Positions 18,974 through 28,889 are shown, counted from the first letter of the stretch. The stretch: 64,000 nucleotides of DNA from an uncultured Halobacteriales archaeon (GCA_964597855.1 CAZQZO010000004.1:24219-88218); one strand, 5' to 3'. Program-made: numbers and translations. The notes: generated by a model not told the origin, from the sequence alone.

Positions 18974-18977
18974 ACTT

Positions 18978-19442
18978 TCACGCTTCCTTCATCGCCGCAT
19001 CTTTAACTGCATCGATTATTTTGACATACCCTGTACACCTGCACAAATTCCCACTCAGCCCCTCTCTTATTTCTTGAATTGTTGGATCTGAGTTTTCTAT
19101 CAGTAAGGATGTTGCCGCCATTATGAATCCTGGGATGCAGTAGCCACATTGAGACGCAAAACAATCTATAAAAGATTGCTGTAGCACAGAAAATTCACCC
19201 TCCTCTGACAAGCCCTCTATAGTTGTAATGTTTTCTCCGACCACCTTTCCCACCGGGATGAGGCAAGATTTAACAGCTTTATCTCCTAGTAACACTGTAC
19301 AAACACCACATACACCCGAGTCACAACTCTCTTTTGTACCTGTCAACCCCACATCATACCTGAGGACGTCCCTGAGGGGTTTATATGGGGAAACATCAAC
19401 TACGTGTCTTTTTCCATTTATTTCTAGTTTTATTCCTTCCAT
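18978..19442 (-). CDS. [2Fe-2S]-binding small subunit of molybdenum hydroxylase
   Basis: 154 aa with two cluster motifs, CDSGVCGVCTV and CGYCIPG...CRCTGY. Confidence 0.9.
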   Translation of the reverse strand: MEGIKLEINGKRHVVDVSPYKPLRDVLRYDVGLTGTKESCDSGVCGVCTVLLGDKAVKSCLIPVGKVVGENITTIEGLSEEGEFSVLQQSFIDCFASQCGYCIPGFIMAATSLLIENSDPTIQEIREGLSGNLCRCTGYVKIIDAVKDAAMKEA

Positions 19443-20305
19443 TATGCTTCTCCTATTATTTCTGATTTTACATCTTTTATTGTTTGTCTTGCGATCCTTT
19501 TAAAAACTATCTCTTTATATGATTTAGGCGTTTGAACATCCCCTATTAAATCTAGATTTTCCCCCAACAGTTCTACAGCATTCTCCACAGTTTCATCCTC
19601 GATTTTAGTACCTTCTAATGCCCTTTCTGCCTCTTTCGCACGCATAGGTGTGTCTCCGCCATTTGTTAATCCTATCCTTGCAACTGCACAAACCCCCTTT
19701 TGATCTAGTGTCAATCTCACACAAACACCCGCTATTGCATAATCCCCCTGCCTCGGAGTCATCGCTCTATATTTTCCTCCAGAATATTTAGGCAATTTTG
19801 GAATCAAAATTTTGGTCAAAATTTCTCCATCTTCTATTGCAGTCTCATAATAATCCACAAAAAAACTGTCCAAGGGAACTCTTCTACTCCCCTCTGAGCT
19901 CTGTATCTCTATTTCCGAGTCTAAAGTCAGTAGGACTGGAGGTGTATCTAACGCCGGGTCTCCATAGACTAGCCCTCCTCCAATTGTACCCTGGTTTCTC
20001 ACTTGAGGCCCCGAGATTTCTGAAGTCGCTATTGTATAAAATCCAAATTCCTTTTCGATTAATGGACTTTTCTTTATTTCAGCATATGTCGTAGCAGCCC
20101 CCACCTCAATGTATTCTCCCACCTCTTCTATTCCTCTCATTTCTGCTATCTTGCTAATATCAACCAGTAAATCTGGATCAATTAGACCCTGACGCATCAA
20201 TAACATCATTGTTTGTCCCCCCGCCACGATTTCCGCTCGACCCTCACAACGCGATAATTTTTCTAGGGCATCCTCAACTGAAGAAGCAACGTGGTATTCC
20301 CCCAT
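19442..20305 (-). CDS. FAD-binding medium subunit of molybdenum hydroxylase (CoxM/XdhB-like)
   Basis: 287 aa. AGGQTMM and GTIGGGL FAD-binding motifs. Its stop overlaps the small-subunit start (TAATG). Confidence 0.85.
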   Translation of the reverse strand: MGEYHVASSVEDALEKLSRCEGRAEIVAGGQTMMLLMRQGLIDPDLLVDISKIAEMRGIEEVGEYIEVGAATTYAEIKKSPLIEKEFGFYTIATSEISGPQVRNQGTIGGGLVYGDPALDTPPVLLTLDSEIEIQSSEGSRRVPLDSFFVDYYETAIEDGEILTKILIPKLPKYSGGKYRAMTPRQGDYAIAGVCVRLTLDQKGVCAVARIGLTNGGDTPMRAKEAERALEGTKIEDETVENAVELLGENLDLIGDVQTPKSYKEIVFKRIARQTIKDVKSEIIGEA

Positions 20306-20391
20306 GATATGATCTATGAAAGAGTTGGAGTCTGATCAGTAAATATATTTGGACATGTCACCTTGATGTTTTTTTATAAGTATGGTCTCTC

Positions 20392-21588
20392 TTATTGTAG
20401 TTTTTTAACGCCTATCATGAGCCCAACACCTGCCAACAAACCCGTCAACCCCACAATCGTGAACGCCATTGAAATATTAGATACAATTAGCATAAGTGCA
20501 ATCATTCCTGGACCTACTACTTTACCCAAATTTTGGAATGTCGTCGCAACCGAAACAGCTCCCCCTCTCATACCTTCTGGAGCCAATTGATTCACTAAAC
20601 TTTTTTGCCCCGGACTCACTATCCCGTCCCCAAATCCATATAACACCGCCCCTATTGCAATTACTATAGGTGCGGGAACGACTCCCATAATTATGATGCC
20701 CAAACTCCCTACGAAAAATCCCCCTATTATCATGTTTATTGTAGAAAATTTATTTGATAATCTCCCAACTTGGGTAGAACTTACGAACGATACAATCCCC
20801 TTTATCGCCACCAGCAATCCTGCAGCTTTAACATCGAGTCCCGCTTCCCCTATTGCTAAAACCGAAATATAGGTGAGAAATCCAAATAATAATAAAAATC
20901 TAATCACAAATGTCGTAACTAAACACGCCATTCTCGGCTTGCTAACAAATAAAACCAACTCATTTATATAATCTCTAATAGACGAACTCGCCGATTGTGT
21001 GGATTGTGGAATGACATACCACGCCCAAATAGCCACTGGAACTGCAATTAAATAGAGTAGAAATGGGTATCTCCATGAATACACAAACAATATCCCGCTC
21101 AATATGGGGACTCCTATAATCCCTACATTTATACCCGCAGTTCGAATTCCCTGTGCAGTCGTCTCTTGAACTCCACTATATAGGTCTCCTATCATCGCAA
21201 TTACAATAGGACCTGCAGCGGCATGTCCCACGGATTGCAACACTCTCAATAGTAATATTGCTTCAAACGTGCTTACTACTGCAATTCCTGCACCAGCTAG
21301 GCCAAATAACGCCAATCCTGGGACCAAAAAATATTTTTTTCCATATCGATCCGCAAGAATTCCCATTATCGGTACCAAAATGACCAACGGTATTGTATAT
21401 GCAAGCATCAATAATCCTGCCCTAGCATCACTCACCGAGAAAACAACAGCAAGATCTGCAATGATTGGGCTTAGAACTGCAGACTCCATTATCAACACGC
21501 CGCTAGCTAGAACTAGCGATTGGATTCTTGGATCTTTGATCACATTTCCCCCCTTCCCAAATAATATTGTGCCAATTTCCCTTGCCAT
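20392..21588 (-). CDS. MFS transporter
   Basis: 398 aa and about 12 TM. The GILADRYGKK loop 2-3 motif is typical of the MFS. Confidence 0.8.
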   Translation of the reverse strand: MAREIGTILFGKGGNVIKDPRIQSLVLASGVLIMESAVLSPIIADLAVVFSVSDARAGLLMLAYTIPLVILVPIMGILADRYGKKYFLVPGLALFGLAGAGIAVVSTFEAILLLRVLQSVGHAAAGPIVIAMIGDLYSGVQETTAQGIRTAGINVGIIGVPILSGILFVYSWRYPFLLYLIAVPVAIWAWYVIPQSTQSASSSIRDYINELVLFVSKPRMACLVTTFVIRFLLLFGFLTYISVLAIGEAGLDVKAAGLLVAIKGIVSFVSSTQVGRLSNKFSTINMIIGGFFVGSLGIIIMGVVPAPIVIAIGAVLYGFGDGIVSPGQKSLVNQLAPEGMRGGAVSVATTFQNLGKVVGPGMIALMLIVSNISMAFTIVGLTGLLAGVGLMIGVKKLQ

Positions 21589-21702
21589 TTTGGTTTGTCT
21601 ATATTTTATTCAATTTAGCTACTTCTTAAGCTCTAGCATGTTGTTTTACCCCATTTTACATTCATAATCGTTATTCCAATTCAGAAACATATACTGCAGT
21701 AC

Positions 21703-21777
21703 GGGTCGGTGGTCTAGTCTGGTTATGACATCGCATTTACACTGCGGGGATCGCAGGTTCAAATCCTGCTCGACCCA
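21703..21777 (+). tRNA. tRNA-Val (anticodon UAC)
   Basis: Hand-folded cloverleaf. Acceptor GGGTCGG/TCGACCC with one G-U pair. Anticodon stem TCGCA/TGCGG with loop TTTACAC. T-arm GCAGG-TTCAAAT-CCTGC. Discriminator A. No encoded CCA. Confidence 0.85.
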
Positions 21778-21783
21778 TTTTAA

Positions 21784-22299
21784 ATGCCTAAATTATCCCT
21801 GATCCGGTTAATTATAGGGAAAACACGTAGGAAACTCCCTCGGCCATCTCTCATTCTACCTGCCATCCTTGTTATCTTCCTTGCCGTTGCAATTTTGTTT
21901 ACATTCTATGGGCCTACTCAGTCCCCCACCGCAACTGTGATTTTTTTTGACACTTCCGAAACTGCACTTGCCCAAGCAGAACTTCAAATTTCAGACACTA
22001 TGATCACCCGTTATATAGGTCTGAGTCAAACCACCTCTCTCGGTAAAAACCAGGGAATGCTTTTCGTCCATCCCTCTGAAACAAACCACGTTTATGTAAT
22101 GCGCAATATGAGCTTCCCCATCGATATTGTTTTCATAGATTCCCAGGGCACTATCGTTTCTATTCATCATGCACACCCCGAACTACCTCCTTACACCCCT
22201 TATGAAGGATTTAGCAAATGGGTTATTGAATTGCCCTATAATTGGACACTCGACCACAACATATCTGCTGGAGACACCGTCTCTATTCACTTGGGCTAA
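21784..22299 (+). CDS. DUF192 domain protein with N-terminal membrane anchor
   Basis: GMLFVHPSETNHVYVMRNMSFPIDIVFIDSQGTIVSI resembles the DUF192 core. There is an N-terminal TM helix. The ATG lies 6 nt after the tRNA 3' end. Confidence 0.65.
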   Translation: MPKLSLIRLIIGKTRRKLPRPSLILPAILVIFLAVAILFTFYGPTQSPTATVIFFDTSETALAQAELQISDTMITRYIGLSQTTSLGKNQGMLFVHPSETNHVYVMRNMSFPIDIVFIDSQGTIVSIHHAHPELPPYTPYEGFSKWVIELPYNWTLDHNISAGDTVSIHLG

Positions 22300-22346
22300 A
22301 CCGAGAAAATTTTACTTCCCTCTGTCCTCCCTACTATGTATACCCC

Positions 22347-24176
22347 ATGGATGACATCGATTCTACCATTCCTCCTTTAAATTTTTCCAACCCGATGCTC
22401 CGTCTCTTATCTTTCTATGGGGCCTCCAATATTCGAAATTTTCTTGTAGGATTCCTAGCAAATTTATTCGCCCGCCTATCCGATCTCGTCCCTCCCTTTC
22501 TTCTCGGCGTCGCAATAGATTCAATTATTTTGCGAGATAAACCATTTCTAATTCCATTTTTCTCTGAATCCTCTCTTCCTATACACCCAATATCTCAATT
22601 TTGGTTTGTGGTTTTTCTCATTGTATTCTCATTTATTCTCAGTGCAATTCTTCATTGGTTTAGAAATTGGGGCTGGAATTCATTTTCTCAAAATATCCAA
22701 CACCAAATTCGTATCGATACCTACGCACGCTTGCAAAATTTAAATATGAGTTTCTTTGATAGGAAACACAAAGGAGAATTAATGTCCATTCTATCTAATG
22801 ATGTCAACCGGCTAGAAATTTTCCTAAATGATGGTTTCAACTCCGTCTTCCGTCTCGCAATAATGGTGGTTGGAATTGCAACTTTATTATTTTATATGAA
22901 CCCTTCTTTGGCCGCAGTTTCCCTTTTTACCATTCCTATAATTGCGTTTTTTACATACAATTTCACAAAATCTATACAACCAAAATATGCTGAAGTGCGA
23001 GATAGTGTGGGGAAGCTTCATTCTCGACTTAAACAGAATTTAAATGCAATTCAGTTAATTAAACTCTATAATACTGAATCCTATGAATCTAGTCGTGTAG
23101 AGGAAACTTCTCTAAATTATTACAATACTAATTGGGATTCTATCACGACTCGGATAAAATTTTTCCCCTCGCTTCAAATTATATCTGGAATCGGATTCAC
23201 TATGACCTTTCTAGTTGGAGGGTTCTGGGTCATCTCTGGAGATATACTCTGGATTTCCGCCCGTCCCCTCTACGCTGGGGAATTTGTAACATTCATGTTG
23301 CTCCACCAGCAGTTGGTTTGGCCAATGACCCAATTTGGACAGGTGATAAATATGTACCAACGTGCCCGGGCATCCACTGTCAGAATATTTGATTTAATCG
23401 ATGAATCTAATACCCTCCCCGAAAAACCCAATCCTTCTGAACTAATCGTTGATTCTGGAACAATTATCTACAAAGATGTTTCCTTTGGATATTCTCAAGA
23501 CAAAATATTATCTAATATCTCTTTTAACGCTGGGAAGGGTGAATCTTTGGCTATAGTTGGCCATAGCGGATCTGGAAAATCAACCTTATTAAGATTATTA
23601 TTAAGATTGTACGATATAGATCATGGATCCATCACAATAGATGGGCATGATATTCGAGATGTATCCCTGAATAGTTTACGTGACCAAATTGGATATGTTG
23701 GCCAGGATATCTTTCTTTTTCACGGCACGGTTAGGGAGAATATCCAATATGGATCATTCACAGCCACTGAGGAGGCACTCATCCAATCTTCCAAAGCAGC
23801 GAAGGCTCATGATTTCATAATGGATTTACCACATGGGTATGAAACCATCGTCGGAGAACGTGGAATCAAACTATCGGGTGGACAACGACAACGAATTGCC
23901 ATTGCACGAGCACTTTTAAAAGACCCTCCAATTTTCATTTTTGATGAAGCCACTAGCGATGTAGACACCCCCACTGAATCTCTGATACTGGATTTTATAA
24001 AGACCCACCATTCTGAAAAGACTATCTTGGCTATTGCCCATAGGCTCTCCACTATACAAGACTCAACTAATATCTTAGTTTTACAAGATGGGGCGATTAT
24101 AGAATATGGAACTCATAATGAACTATTGGATAAAAAAGGATCTTATTTCGAACTCTGGAGTGCTAGAGATATCTAA
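22347..24176 (+). CDS. ABC exporter, fused permease/ATPase (MsbA/MdlB-like)
   Basis: A 6-TM domain followed by an NBD with GHSGSGKST, LSGGQRQRIAIARAL and IFIFDEATSDVD. The ATG at 22347 avoids overlap with the upstream gene; the track ORF starts at 22242. Confidence 0.9.
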   Translation: MDDIDSTIPPLNFSNPMLRLLSFYGASNIRNFLVGFLANLFARLSDLVPPFLLGVAIDSIILRDKPFLIPFFSESSLPIHPISQFWFVVFLIVFSFILSAILHWFRNWGWNSFSQNIQHQIRIDTYARLQNLNMSFFDRKHKGELMSILSNDVNRLEIFLNDGFNSVFRLAIMVVGIATLLFYMNPSLAAVSLFTIPIIAFFTYNFTKSIQPKYAEVRDSVGKLHSRLKQNLNAIQLIKLYNTESYESSRVEETSLNYYNTNWDSITTRIKFFPSLQIISGIGFTMTFLVGGFWVISGDILWISARPLYAGEFVTFMLLHQQLVWPMTQFGQVINMYQRARASTVRIFDLIDESNTLPEKPNPSELIVDSGTIIYKDVSFGYSQDKILSNISFNAGKGESLAIVGHSGSGKSTLLRLLLRLYDIDHGSITIDGHDIRDVSLNSLRDQIGYVGQDIFLFHGTVRENIQYGSFTATEEALIQSSKAAKAHDFIMDLPHGYETIVGERGIKLSGGQRQRIAIARALLKDPPIFIFDEATSDVDTPTESLILDFIKTHHSEKTILAIAHRLSTIQDSTNILVLQDGAIIEYGTHNELLDKKGSYFELWSARDI

Positions 24177-24244
24177 TTCGTCTGACCATTTTCCCTTCAA
24201 ATCACCACCGTTGATTACAAGACCAATGGCAACCTTGGTATCTT

Positions 24245-24967
24245 ATGGATCTATCTCAGGTCACTTCTGAAGATGCAAAAAATACGGCATCAAAAATAGT
24301 AGTTTTTCCTGTGGGAAGCACAGAGCAACATGGGCCTCATGCACCCCTTTTCACTGATCTATTACTAGCCAAATCTGTCGCAGAAGAAGGCATCAAACAA
24401 TTTCCAGGCGAAGTCATTCTAGCACCTCCTCTCCCCTTCGGTGTATCCGAGGAACATAGGAATTTCTCTGGAACGATTTGGCTTTCTACACAAACTTTTC
24501 GTGATTGCATATCTGATGTGCTTAATTCTTTTATTCACCATGGGTGGAATAAAATCATCATAGTAAACGGACACGGAGGTAACATTGACGCGTTAAATGA
24601 AGTCTGCGCTGATATAACTCGAAACACCGCCCAACCTGCATTTGCAACTACCTATACCTGGTTCCGTTATTCAGACGACCTTCCCATGGGCCACGCCGGT
24701 GAAGTTGAAACCTCTATGCTATTGCATCTTTTCCCCACCCTCGTCAATTCCCATATGATATCGCAAGCAAGTTCCGATTCTGGAGATAGTTGGGGGTCTT
24801 TTGAACAAGGCGCGCAAATGAACTACGACGTTGAAAAATTTACAAAAAATGGTGTTGTAGGAGATCCATCTCTTGCATCTAGCAATCTCGGGGAAAAATT
24901 ATTAAAAGAATCTGGAACTTCCCTTGCTAAACTTATAGAAGTGGTATCCAAGCTCAAACTTTCTTGA
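24245..24967 (+). CDS. Creatininase family amidohydrolase (possibly ArfB-type deformylase)
   Basis: VFPVGSTEQHGPHAPLFTDLLLA and IVNGHGGN are typical creatininase-fold motifs. Confidence 0.8.
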   Translation: MDLSQVTSEDAKNTASKIVVFPVGSTEQHGPHAPLFTDLLLAKSVAEEGIKQFPGEVILAPPLPFGVSEEHRNFSGTIWLSTQTFRDCISDVLNSFIHHGWNKIIIVNGHGGNIDALNEVCADITRNTAQPAFATTYTWFRYSDDLPMGHAGEVETSMLLHLFPTLVNSHMISQASSDSGDSWGSFEQGAQMNYDVEKFTKNGVVGDPSLASSNLGEKLLKESGTSLAKLIEVVSKLKLS

Positions 24968-24989
24968 TGATATCTTCATTTTCCTTAAT

Positions 24990-25340
24990 TCATTCCTTTG
25001 TCTCTACAGACTCGACAAACATCAGTGGATATCCATTTTCAACTTTCATTTTGGATACTACCTCTGTATCCTTATATTGAATCTCGATTCTAACTGCCAT
25101 CATGTCTCCTTTTAATTCTGCATATCCAAACTCATCATTCATTGATTTTTTTACTTCCTTTTCAGATATCTCCACTGACACATTTGCACAATGCGGCTGA
25201 TTTTGAATTGATTTTTCAATTGCAGAAGATAAACTCTCGATATTACTCAGACTGATCGGGGCACTTGAAAATTGATGGTATAGCGATCCAAGCTTGACGC
25301 CCGACTCGAAACAAGCAATTTCTGTTTCCGTTGGTTTCAT
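24990..25340 (-). CDS. Probable archaeal dihydroneopterin aldolase (MptD/PF04038-like)
   Basis: 116 aa. CFESGVKLGSLYHQFSSAPISL...IEKSIQNQP closely resembles the FEAGIKLGALYHQF...QP signature I recall for MptD. Confidence 0.5.
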   Translation of the reverse strand: MKPTETEIACFESGVKLGSLYHQFSSAPISLSNIESLSSAIEKSIQNQPHCANVSVEISEKEVKKSMNDEFGYAELKGDMMAVRIEIQYKDTEVVSKMKVENGYPLMFVESVETKE

Positions 25341-25405
25341 ACAACTTGAACTTTCTGCTCTCTAAAGAAAAAGTTACTTCTCCTTTCCCCCCTCATTAAC
25401 TTTCA

Positions 25406-26149
25406 ATGAAGGAGGTAGTATTGCTTACAGGTGCACTAGGAAATGTGGGGCGCACGATCCTTTCACATCTCTACGACCAATACACATGGCGTCTACTTGA
25501 TAACCAATCGCCTGATAGTGATTTTCCCTATGAAATAATTTCTGCTGATATTTTAAACACCACTGCTGTAAAAGAAGCTGTAGAAGGGGCCAACGCAATA
25601 ATTCACCTTGCCGGGGATCCTCAAACCTCTGCATCTTGGAAATCAGTTCTTCGAAATAATATCGAAGGTACTCAAATTTTACTTGAAGCTGCAGTGGATT
25701 CTGGTGTTGAAAAATTTATCTTTGCATCTTCGAACCACGCAGTTGGTCACTATGAAACCAATCCCATTTCTGACCCTTCCAATCCCGATAGCCCATTTCC
25801 ACTAGATGGGACTGAACTACCCCGTCCTGGAAATCTATATGGTGCCAGCAAGGCCATCGGAGAAATTCTAGGGCGGTATTACCACGATGAGCACGGCATC
25901 TCTGTTCTTTGTGTTAGGATTGGGAATTTAAATGGAGATGCCCCCCCTGTTGACTACGCACGTGGGCAATCTATGTGGCTCTCCAATCGAGACTGCGGCC
26001 ATCTTTTCGATAGATGTCTGCAAGCCAATTATGGGTATGAAATAGTTTATGGTGTTTCCGACAACGATGGTAGTTACTACTCCTTAGACCATACTAGAGA
26101 TCTCTTGGGATATTCCCCTCAAGATAACTCTGCAGAACATATCTCTTAA
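25406..26149 (+). CDS. NAD(P)-dependent epimerase/dehydratase family (SDR) protein
   Basis: LLTGALGNVG Rossmann motif, SSNHAVG, and the YGASK catalytic YxxxK. Confidence 0.8.
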   Translation: MKEVVLLTGALGNVGRTILSHLYDQYTWRLLDNQSPDSDFPYEIISADILNTTAVKEAVEGANAIIHLAGDPQTSASWKSVLRNNIEGTQILLEAAVDSGVEKFIFASSNHAVGHYETNPISDPSNPDSPFPLDGTELPRPGNLYGASKAIGEILGRYYHDEHGISVLCVRIGNLNGDAPPVDYARGQSMWLSNRDCGHLFDRCLQANYGYEIVYGVSDNDGSYYSLDHTRDLLGYSPQDNSAEHIS

Positions 26150-26159
26150 TTCTAAGAAA

Positions 26160-26795
26160 TTATCCAAATAGCTTTTTAATATCACTTCCACTTTCTCTTA
26201 TTCTTTCTACTCTGTTTCTCATCTGCTCATATGCCATCCCCCGTAAATCTGGGTTTTTTACAAAAGTTATTATCAATTGCTCAATTTTTTTATACTTTCT
26301 CTCTTCAAACCCCCCTCTCGCATAACCAATCGCTTCTTTAATAATCTCATATTCGTATACTTCAATCTCCTCTGATATCACTTCCGCAGCCAAAAATGTA
26401 GATTCAATTTCTAAATCTTCCAATTCCATCTTGCCACCTTCATAAACTATAGTGGGAATTTTTTCCTGAGAGAACGATTCCACATCCTGGCCTATCTCGA
26501 TAAGATATTCTCTAATAAGTCCAATATCTACACCCCTGTACACTTCTGGTATTTTTTCTAAATATGCAAACGAACTTTCTGCAAGCCCTTTCATTCCCTT
26601 CCAATTCCCATTGGTCCCATGATATATTATGGCTGTAAATTGAATTAAACCTTGTAAAAATAACTTGTCCTCACTCCCCTTTTCAAGTTTTAGCCAATAT
26701 CTCTCCCATGCCCCATGAGCGGCATGGTACTCCCCGCTATTATAAATGGCAATCCCAGCTTCCAAGTATATCTTTAATTTTCCATCCTCACTCAT
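26160..26795 (-). CDS. DUF309 domain protein with C-terminal extension
   Basis: The N-terminal YNSGEYHAAHGAWERYW matches the DUF309 signature. Confidence 0.55.
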   Translation of the reverse strand: MSEDGKLKIYLEAGIAIYNSGEYHAAHGAWERYWLKLEKGSEDKLFLQGLIQFTAIIYHGTNGNWKGMKGLAESSFAYLEKIPEVYRGVDIGLIREYLIEIGQDVESFSQEKIPTIVYEGGKMELEDLEIESTFLAAEVISEEIEVYEYEIIKEAIGYARGGFEERKYKKIEQLIITFVKNPDLRGMAYEQMRNRVERIRESGSDIKKLFG

Positions 26796-26880
26796 TTGTA
26801 GATTTTGTCCTTTTATTTTCTTGATTACAAGTAATATTCAAGTCTATTGACATCTTACAACCCTCCGCGTCATAAATAAC

Positions 26881-27885
26881 ATGAAATTTAGTGTTGGTCA
26901 TTTACCCGTAGGATCGCTCCACGATTTTGTCTCTCTTGTACATTGTGCTGAAAATTTAGATTTTGATACTTTTTTCATAGCAGATCACGCAACTAAACAA
27001 AATCCATACGCTATGCTGGGCGTCGCAGCACTCAAAACAAAACGAATAAATCTTGCAACTGGAGTCACAAACCCATATTCTAGAAATCCCCTCCTCACTG
27101 CATCTGCCATTTCCACTATCGATTCAATATCCAATGGGAGGGCGATTCTTGGTATTGGCGCAGGGGGTCATGGAATTTCTCCATTCAATCAAGAACGATC
27201 CCCTCCAATTTCCACACTCAAAACATCAATCGAAACAATTAGAACTTTACTAAATTCTGGCACAGTTTCTGACCCCGAAGGGCCTTTTAATTTAATAAAC
27301 GCCAAATTAGAATTCAAACCAAAACATGAGATCCCCATTTATATTGCCGGACGGGGGAAAAAATTATTAGAACTAGCCGGATCAGTTGCAGACGGAGCCG
27401 TAGCAGGAGCAGGACTCACATCTGTTGAAGCCATGAAATATGCTTTAAAACATATCCGTTTGGGCACGGAGTCAACTGGAAGAAAACTTTCGGATATAGA
27501 TATCATTTGCTGGTCATTCCTATCCATTGGACGCGATAAAAAATCAGCACTAGATGCAGTCATACCGTTTACGGCCCAATTGGTCCAGCACGCGGTTCCT
27601 AGAAGCACCCTCGAGACTTTTGGAATTTCCTCAAAATCGATAGACTCTGTATTGGACATTCAGGATGTATCCTCTCATTCTATTTCTTCACTCCGAAAAA
27701 AAGTATCTAGAGAAATCGTAGAATTATTTGCAATAGCCGGCACCCCAGAACAATGTCTGAATCACATTTCTGCACTCGACGAAATTGGAATTTCTCATTG
27801 TGCGTTATTGCCCTTTGACAATCAGGAAAATAATCAGGTAGAGAATCTAGAACTCTTCTATGATGCGGTGATTAAAGAACTCTAA
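26881..27885 (+). CDS. Luciferase-like (LLM class) oxidoreductase, probably F420-dependent
   Basis: FDTFFIADH, TGVTNPYSRNP and GRAILGIGAG are typical of Mer-like LLM proteins. Confidence 0.8.
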   Translation: MKFSVGHLPVGSLHDFVSLVHCAENLDFDTFFIADHATKQNPYAMLGVAALKTKRINLATGVTNPYSRNPLLTASAISTIDSISNGRAILGIGAGGHGISPFNQERSPPISTLKTSIETIRTLLNSGTVSDPEGPFNLINAKLEFKPKHEIPIYIAGRGKKLLELAGSVADGAVAGAGLTSVEAMKYALKHIRLGTESTGRKLSDIDIICWSFLSIGRDKKSALDAVIPFTAQLVQHAVPRSTLETFGISSKSIDSVLDIQDVSSHSISSLRKKVSREIVELFAIAGTPEQCLNHISALDEIGISHCALLPFDNQENNQVENLELFYDAVIKEL

Positions 27886-28889
27886 TGACTTTACAAATGG
27901 GACTTGGGTATCCCACTGCCCGTGAAGGTTTAAACTATCCAATTCCTTTTTGCAGCCCCTCTCATCTAGTTGAAATTGCAATCAAAGCAGAAACACTCGG
28001 GTTCCATTCATTAGGAGGGAACGATCACATCGTCCCTGCAACATATGTGTCGGAACATTGGGACGTTCCCCCCCGATATTATGAACTATTCACAACATTT
28101 GCACATATAGCTGGATTGACGCACACTATTCGTTTGAATACCTCCGTCGCAGTCTTGCCTCTACGAAATGTAGTTTGGCTAGCCAAACAGGCCGCGACTT
28201 TAGATTGTTTATCTACTGGGAGGCTGACCCTTGGAGTCGGCGTCGGTGCATACCCTGAAGAATTTTCCACTCTATTTCCCAATGTTCCTCTCACCCGTGG
28301 AATTATCACCGACCATTCAATAGAAGCACTCGTAGATTTACTCTCTAAACCCTCTAGTTATAATTCCGAATATGTTAAATTTGGACCATTGGATCTTTAT
28401 CCTCGTCCTAAACAAAACCCCCTCCCAATTTACATCGGGGGAAACCACCACTCTGCCTTAGAACGATCTGCAAAATGGGGTCAAGGATGGCTCCCTGCAG
28501 GCCTGTCTCCTTCAAACCTCGAGGAAAAAATCAATCACCTTTCAATCTTGGCATCTGACCATGGAAGATCTCTTTCTGATATTGATATCGCGCCCCAATT
28601 GACCCTCTGCATTGCAAAAACCACCCGGGCCGCACACAAAAAATTCCGAGAATCCCATCAATATACTCATCTTAAATCTCTTTTAAATTCCACTTTCAAA
28701 AATATACCCGAAGAAGAACTTTTAAATGGAAACCTAATAGGGACTTCTGAAGAAATAGTCAAAAGGTTGCAGGAATATATGGACATAGGCGTCACTCATT
28801 TCCCTGCAACGGTTCTCGCGGTAAACGACATCTCTACTTTTTTCTCAGATATGGAACTTATCTCTCGGGATATACTCGACCTATTTTAA
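27885..28889 (+). CDS. Luciferase-like (LLM class) flavin/F420-dependent oxidoreductase
   Basis: GFHSLGGNDH, VAVLPLRN and GRLTLGVGVG motifs. One-nt overlap with the upstream LLM gene. Confidence 0.75.
   Translation: MTLQMGLGYPTAREGLNYPIPFCSPSHLVEIAIKAETLGFHSLGGNDHIVPATYVSEHWDVPPRYYELFTTFAHIAGLTHTIRLNTSVAVLPLRNVVWLAKQAATLDCLSTGRLTLGVGVGAYPEEFSTLFPNVPLTRGIITDHSIEALVDLLSKPSSYNSEYVKFGPLDLYPRPKQNPLPIYIGGNHHSALERSAKWGQGWLPAGLSPSNLEEKINHLSILASDHGRSLSDIDIAPQLTLCIAKTTRAAHKKFRESHQYTHLKSLLNSTFKNIPEEELLNGNLIGTSEEIVKRLQEYMDIGVTHFPATVLAVNDISTFFSDMELISRDILDLF

Noticed and set aside
16580-20305. Aerobic carbon monoxide dehydrogenase (coxMSL) call for the three-subunit molybdoenzyme, suggested by the M-S-L gene order
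   Set aside because: The large-subunit active-site loop reads AAFRGFGKPE. That is the general XDH/aldehyde-oxidase-type loop, not the form I AYxCSFR or form II AYRGAGR signature as I remember them. No coxDEFG accessory genes are present.
13561-24967. Creatinine degradation pair: a creatininase-family protein at 24245 and a creatinase-like M24 protein at 13561
   Set aside because: The genes are 10 kb apart. The M24 protein retains all five metal ligands typical of Xaa-Pro peptidases, which true creatinases lack. The creatininase-fold protein sits beside a pterin gene, which favours an ArfB-like role.
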